A stretch of DNA of 64,000 nt from Klebsormidium nitens (taxonomy: Eukaryota > Plantae > Klebsormidiophyceae), in NCBI GenBank assembly GCA_000708835.1, contig DF237374.1, forward strand, positions 15,553-79,552, read 5' to 3'. Below, one piece after another: positions 59,201 to 64,000 of this stretch. Position 1 is the stretch's first letter, and each line of letters opens with the position of its first letter. The notes under the pieces were generated by a model that was not told the DNA's origin, did no database searches, and saw nothing but the letters and a program-made list of their open reading frames with translations. Both the position numbers and the translations under genes were made by a program.

Positions 59201-62200
59201 CCTCAAATGGACGAGCTCTTCAGGTAGGACTTTCGATCTGCCATTTTGAATCGCCTTTTTCTCTGATGCAATCACACGGTCTCCAGACATCTCCTGCGAT
59301 GCTTTTTTAGATACGCGACGGTCGGCCATTTTGATGCGAGCCCAATAGCGTGCTTGAGGAGCGTTTCGTGCTCCCATGTGTGTGGGGGCTGCCAGCAGAC
59401 CAGCGGAATTATGCCCACCTCCTGCAAGTGCTGGCAGTCACTGCTGCCGGGGCTGTCTTTGCATTGAATACACTTTTTCGAATGCCGACCCTTCATGCTG
59501 TCAACGACCGATACCACACTTCTGCTGACGACCTTTGTCCGCCGTTTCTGCAGGCGCCTTGCAAACGAGGACGCCGGCACCGTCTTTGCCACCGACGCCA
59601 TCCTGGCGACGCTCATGTGCGCCCCGCGCTCCGTCTACGGCTGGGACGTCGTGGTCCAGAGGGTCGGGGACAAGCTCTTCTTCGACAAAAGGGACAACTC
59701 GTTCGACCTTCTCACAGTACGTGACCACCACTTTCTCATCTCCCCTTTCTTTCCCTTTCGTCAGTAAATAGCTGCTGCTTGCATCCTCCTGCTGTCGCTG
59801 TCACAGCCCCTTTCGGCTGTTCGGCTCCTCCTTCTATGCCGCACATGTGTCCCTCACCCAAGTTCATTTTGGGGTTTCAATCAAGTGTCGAGACATCACA
59901 TGGTATACGTGCAATTGTGTTTCATGATTTGTGGAGCCTCCTTCTTCGTGTTGAAATGAAACCCAGCGATTTGCCTCGTTCGTTCCGACGCGTACTTTCT
60001 GATGAGTCTGGCTGCGGCTTGCCTTGATTGCTGCAGGTGAGCGAGACCGCGCAGGAGCCCATCCCCGAGGAGAAGGACAACATCAACGCGGTCCACTCGC
60101 TCAGCCAGGAGGCCACCTTCATCAACCAAAACTTCTCGCAGCAGGTCGTCGTCAAGGTAAGATATCCCTACTCAAATGCCTTACATCGCCTACAGTGGCA
60201 CAAAGAATGTAAGAGACTTGTGCGGCTTAATTACAACATCAGAGTGCAGTTTGACGTACCTTACCGCCGGTTCCGTCTAGGACCACTTAAAGTAAGAGTT
60301 CCAGGACTAGTATTCGTTTCCAGTTTGCCAGGGGTTCCAAGGACGATAATACCTTTGACTTGACCAGTTTTTTTTCCTTGGCGTTCTTGCAAATCTGCGA
60401 ACCTGGAATATCTGCTTATAATCCGGTACTTCGCCTCCTTCATCCAGGACGGCAAGAAGTACAAGTTCCAGGAGCCCAACCCGTTCGCCGCCCAGAACCA
60501 GGAGCTCGCGTCGTGCGCATACCGGTACCGCAAGTGGAAGTTGGACGACAAGAACGTGCTGGTGGCACGGTGCGAGATCGACAGTATCGCCGAGATCAAG
60601 GGAGAGGAGACGCTCATGATCGTCAAGGCGCTCAACGAGTTCGACTCCAAGATCACGGGCGTGGACTGGCGCCAGAAGCTCGACAACCAGCGAGGGGCGG
60701 TGAGTGGAGCGTCCGCTTGTGTGATTGCCTTCATGAAGCGAATGGTTGTCAAGAGGAAAGCAACTCCAGGAAAAATACTGTGTCTGGAGACTGGGAGCTG
60801 AATCCAAGACAAATGTTTGGTCGCTTTACGAATGCTTGAGCTTAAGCATGAGGGTTTTGTCTGTTGCATCTGTGACAAGCAAGAAGGTGTTATTTGGGTC
60901 TTCTGATAAGGACAGTGGACAGTGCTGTGATCTGGTCAAGCCCGCCCTGTGGGAGCTCTTGAAAAGCAGACCTGTTTTGTTTGCTAGTCTTGCTTTGATT
61001 GGTGACGAAGAGCAACGGGAGTCCTGGCATCGGAAGCAGCGCATGTCAGAAGATGTTTTGCACGCTGCGCCGTCAGGATCAGCTTCTGTGGCTTGCCATG
61101 GACGCAAGTGTGACGTTGAAGCGATTTTCCGCAGGTCTTGGCGACGGAGTTGAAGAACAACGCCAACAAGCTCGCCAAGTGGACGTCCCAGGCTCTGCTG
61201 GCAGGCGCTGGCATGGTGAGCCCACTTCTGGAACTCGTCCGCGCCTGGCGTTACTGTTTGTGTTAGCCTTTGAGCAGCGGTTTGGAGCTCTGACGCATTG
61301 CGAAGAAGGACGCTGATCCGGCTTTTGTCTTTGCGATTCCCGTCAGATTCCATGCCGTAGCAGGCGGGCCTCATCTGCAAATGGTCGCAATATACGACTG
61401 TGTTGATCCGCTTTACAGAGTCCGCGGGCGAGCTGCACGAATGTCCGGGGCATTGACAATGCAATCATGCAGGGCAAAAAATATTCGACCGATTTGCCTC
61501 CTTCCTCACAGTAATGCAAGAACCTGGGTTGACGACCCTGTTCGTCGTTCGAACTACCTGACTACTGTTTGCTGCTTCACCCCAAGCAAACGAGCCGCGA
61601 ACACAACGTTTTTCCTCCTCCTTGTCCTTCTGCAGAAGAAGCTCGCTTTCGTGCTGCGCGATCATTCCATGGCCCTCCATTTTTCACGTGTCTACTCCGT
61701 GCTTTCGTCACCGCAGTTCAAACGGGCCGCAAACGTGACTCACACTTTCACCTTCTTGTTGTCCTGCAGATGAAGCTTGGGTTTGTGTCGCGCGTTGCCC
61801 CTCGCGACCACTACAACCACGTCATCCTGGGAGTCCAGGGGTACAAGCCCAAGGAGTTTGCGGCGCAGATCAACCTGAACGTGAACAACATGTGGGGCAT
61901 CCTCAAGAGCCTTGTCGAGATCTGCATGAAGCTCGACGAGGGCAAGTACCTCCTCGTCAAGGACCCCAACAAGCCCCTCATCAGGTGCGGCTTGCTTTTG
62001 TTCCGGCTCCGTTTCCCTACTGGTTCCGTGCAACCGCCTATCTTGACCCCTTTTGACCTGCGGTTCTCGTCAAGGAACTGAACAAGCCGCTCATCAGGTG
62101 CGGCTCCAATGTATTGTTCCGCTCCTGTCTGATCTTGCGCGATTGTCCTCCTGACCCCATCTTGACCTGCGGAGAAGAAGCAGAGACGCTCTTTACGAAG

Positions 62201-63204
62201 GGTCAATTGCGGACTTGCTTGAGGGAGTATTCAACGATGTCGTGTCGGTTATGCTCCTTGTTGTCGCAGAAGATGATAGTGCAGATCGTCGAGTCCAACT
62301 TTTTCTTGCTTGACCTACTTGCTCGCAATCGAGTCAAGTCTGCAGGCCGATGGTGCCCAGGCCGTATGGTGCCACGTTTTTCAGCTTGATGCGCCAGAGT
62401 CGTGCTTCCCCAGAGATTCTTTCATATCTGCCACTTGGTCATTGCTGATGTCATATTTGCTCCTCTTGCCAGGCTGTACGAAGTACCCGGCGATGCGTTC
62501 GATGACGACTACGTGGAGGAGCCGCTTGCAGAGGTGAGTGGTTAGGTGCTTCTTTGTCTGTCACAGCTAATGTGCTTACTGACTGGTTTCCAGAAGCGGA
62601 GAGATTTAAGAGGACGTCGTGGGACGTATAGCACACGGCGACCAAATGCCCAGGGACTCGATGTTTGCAGTCGCTCGCAGAAGTCATGTGGATCGATTCG
62701 CAGCCACATAAGAGTGGATGCCCGTTACCTGGAATTGTCGCCGAAAGTCACATGGGGTACACGCCCTTTTTTAGAGGCCGGCATTTCCTGGACCCGCCTC
62801 GCTCTTTATTCTAGATTGGTTGAGGATGGTTTGAGATTGTTCAAGGAGCCTCTTTGTAACAAGTTGTGCGAGGAGTTGGGGCTTAATGTTGACACGAGGC
62901 AGGAGGGCTGAGGTTTTTGCTGCTGTGTTCTAATCGTGTGCGTCTGATTCGCGAAATTAGGACCGTCCTAGAAGGAACCACGAAGCATGTTCGAAATTCT
63001 TCTGCATACGATATCATGTTGTGCAAACGTCCCTTCATATGTTGCTGCTTTGATCTGCCGTTGTGTGGTGACGACTAACTAAAACAAGAGTCACCGTCAC
63101 GCAAAGTCTTGTATCTTATTGTTTTACAGGAGGAGCAAGAAGCCGTGGAGCCGGAGAGGAAAGAGGAGCAAGACGAAAAGGACGCTGATGCCGATGACGT
63201 GTAG
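56279..63204 (+). CDS. eIF3d: Eukaryotic translation initiation factor 3 subunit D; 13 exons (first 56279-56453, last 63130-63204)
   Basis: NQDGWGP...[182 protein letters not shown], acidic tail. Confidence 0.97.
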
Positions 63205-63479
63205 ACGTCGTTCGAATGCTATTACGCTCGCTCGATTGGCTTTCTGTGATTCAACTTTCCAGTGTAGTGGACCGTTTGTTCTTGCTACTTGACACCGAAC
63301 TCGGAAGAGGAACATTTCAAGACGTCGTCGCTTTTTTAGCACCAATTGTGCTGTGATGTCTTTTTATAGCATGGTTCCGTCAATGTGCACATGCTGTGGA
63401 CGCAACTGATCATGGAAGGTGCTCGGGAGTCCTCTTGTTTGCTGTGGTGGGGATACAGCTAAGTGCACAACATCCCTTT

Positions 63480-63650
63480 AGCGATGGCATGCACCTATCA
63501 TCACCTTTCAATGAACTGTGCGGTTCAAGAAGGCCTTACAAGCAAGGACTGTTGGACTCCTTCAGCGATGGCACCTAGATCATCACCTTTCGATGAACTG
63601 TACGGTTAAAGAAGGCGTTACTGTGTACAAGAAAAGGACTGTTGGACGAT
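63480..63650. repeat. ~80-bp tandem duplication downstream of eIF3d
   Basis: atcatcacctttc(a/g)atgaactgt(g/a)cggtt(c/a)aagaaggc...aaggactgttggac x2. Confidence 0.65.
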
Positions 63651-64000
63651 TGTTGACCGGTTCATATGTATTTTTCCTTGGTGAATTATAAGGGCGCACC
63701 CGGTAGTCATTATTTTCGACTTGTATCTGGTCTGCCATGACACGTACTTATGTGTATGACACAAGGCCTGCAACTGAGTCAAGTCAAGCCGGCATGATGC
63801 TCGGCCGGCATGTGCTTGATTGACAGCCAGATCACAAATTTGGGGATCGTCAGCTAGTTGAGTGTTGTCAGCTTACTGTTGTGGACCGTGGTACTCATAA
63901 TTATCATTATGCACGTCTGAGGAGGACAAAGACTTTGACTAAAGCGTGTTGCAATTGCATGACATCAAAGTCGATTGCATGCATGATTCTTTTCTTTTTC

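Overview
Eukaryotic nuclear DNA, gene-dense and intron-rich with GT-AG introns. A plastid-targeted leucine-biosynthesis enzyme, plant-type protein families and TTTTAGGG-like tracts point to a streptophyte green alga (Klebsormidium-like; this is inference). Reconstructed genes, in order: 3' end of an ABCG transporter (+); a plant-type alpha/beta-hydrolase-like type II membrane protein (+); an SMP + C2 extended synaptotagmin resembling SYT6/SYTF (-); 3-isopropylmalate dehydrogenase (+); a DHHC palmitoyltransferase (-); a weakly supported unknown gene (-); a ZGRF1-like DUF2439 + GRF zinc finger + SF1 helicase (-); and eIF3d (+). Two PIF/Harbinger-like MITEs have perfect TIRs and 3-bp TSDs, and a G-rich short dispersed repeat occurs three times. 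The most striking unexplained pattern is that introns of six of the eight genes carry degenerate tandem copies of the adjacent exon end, usually including its splice site ('exon echoes', ~110-190 bp period, up to three extra copies). Some echoes are biased towards third-codon-position changes and two would give in-frame insertions if used. No CRISPR, rRNA or intact tRNA was found.
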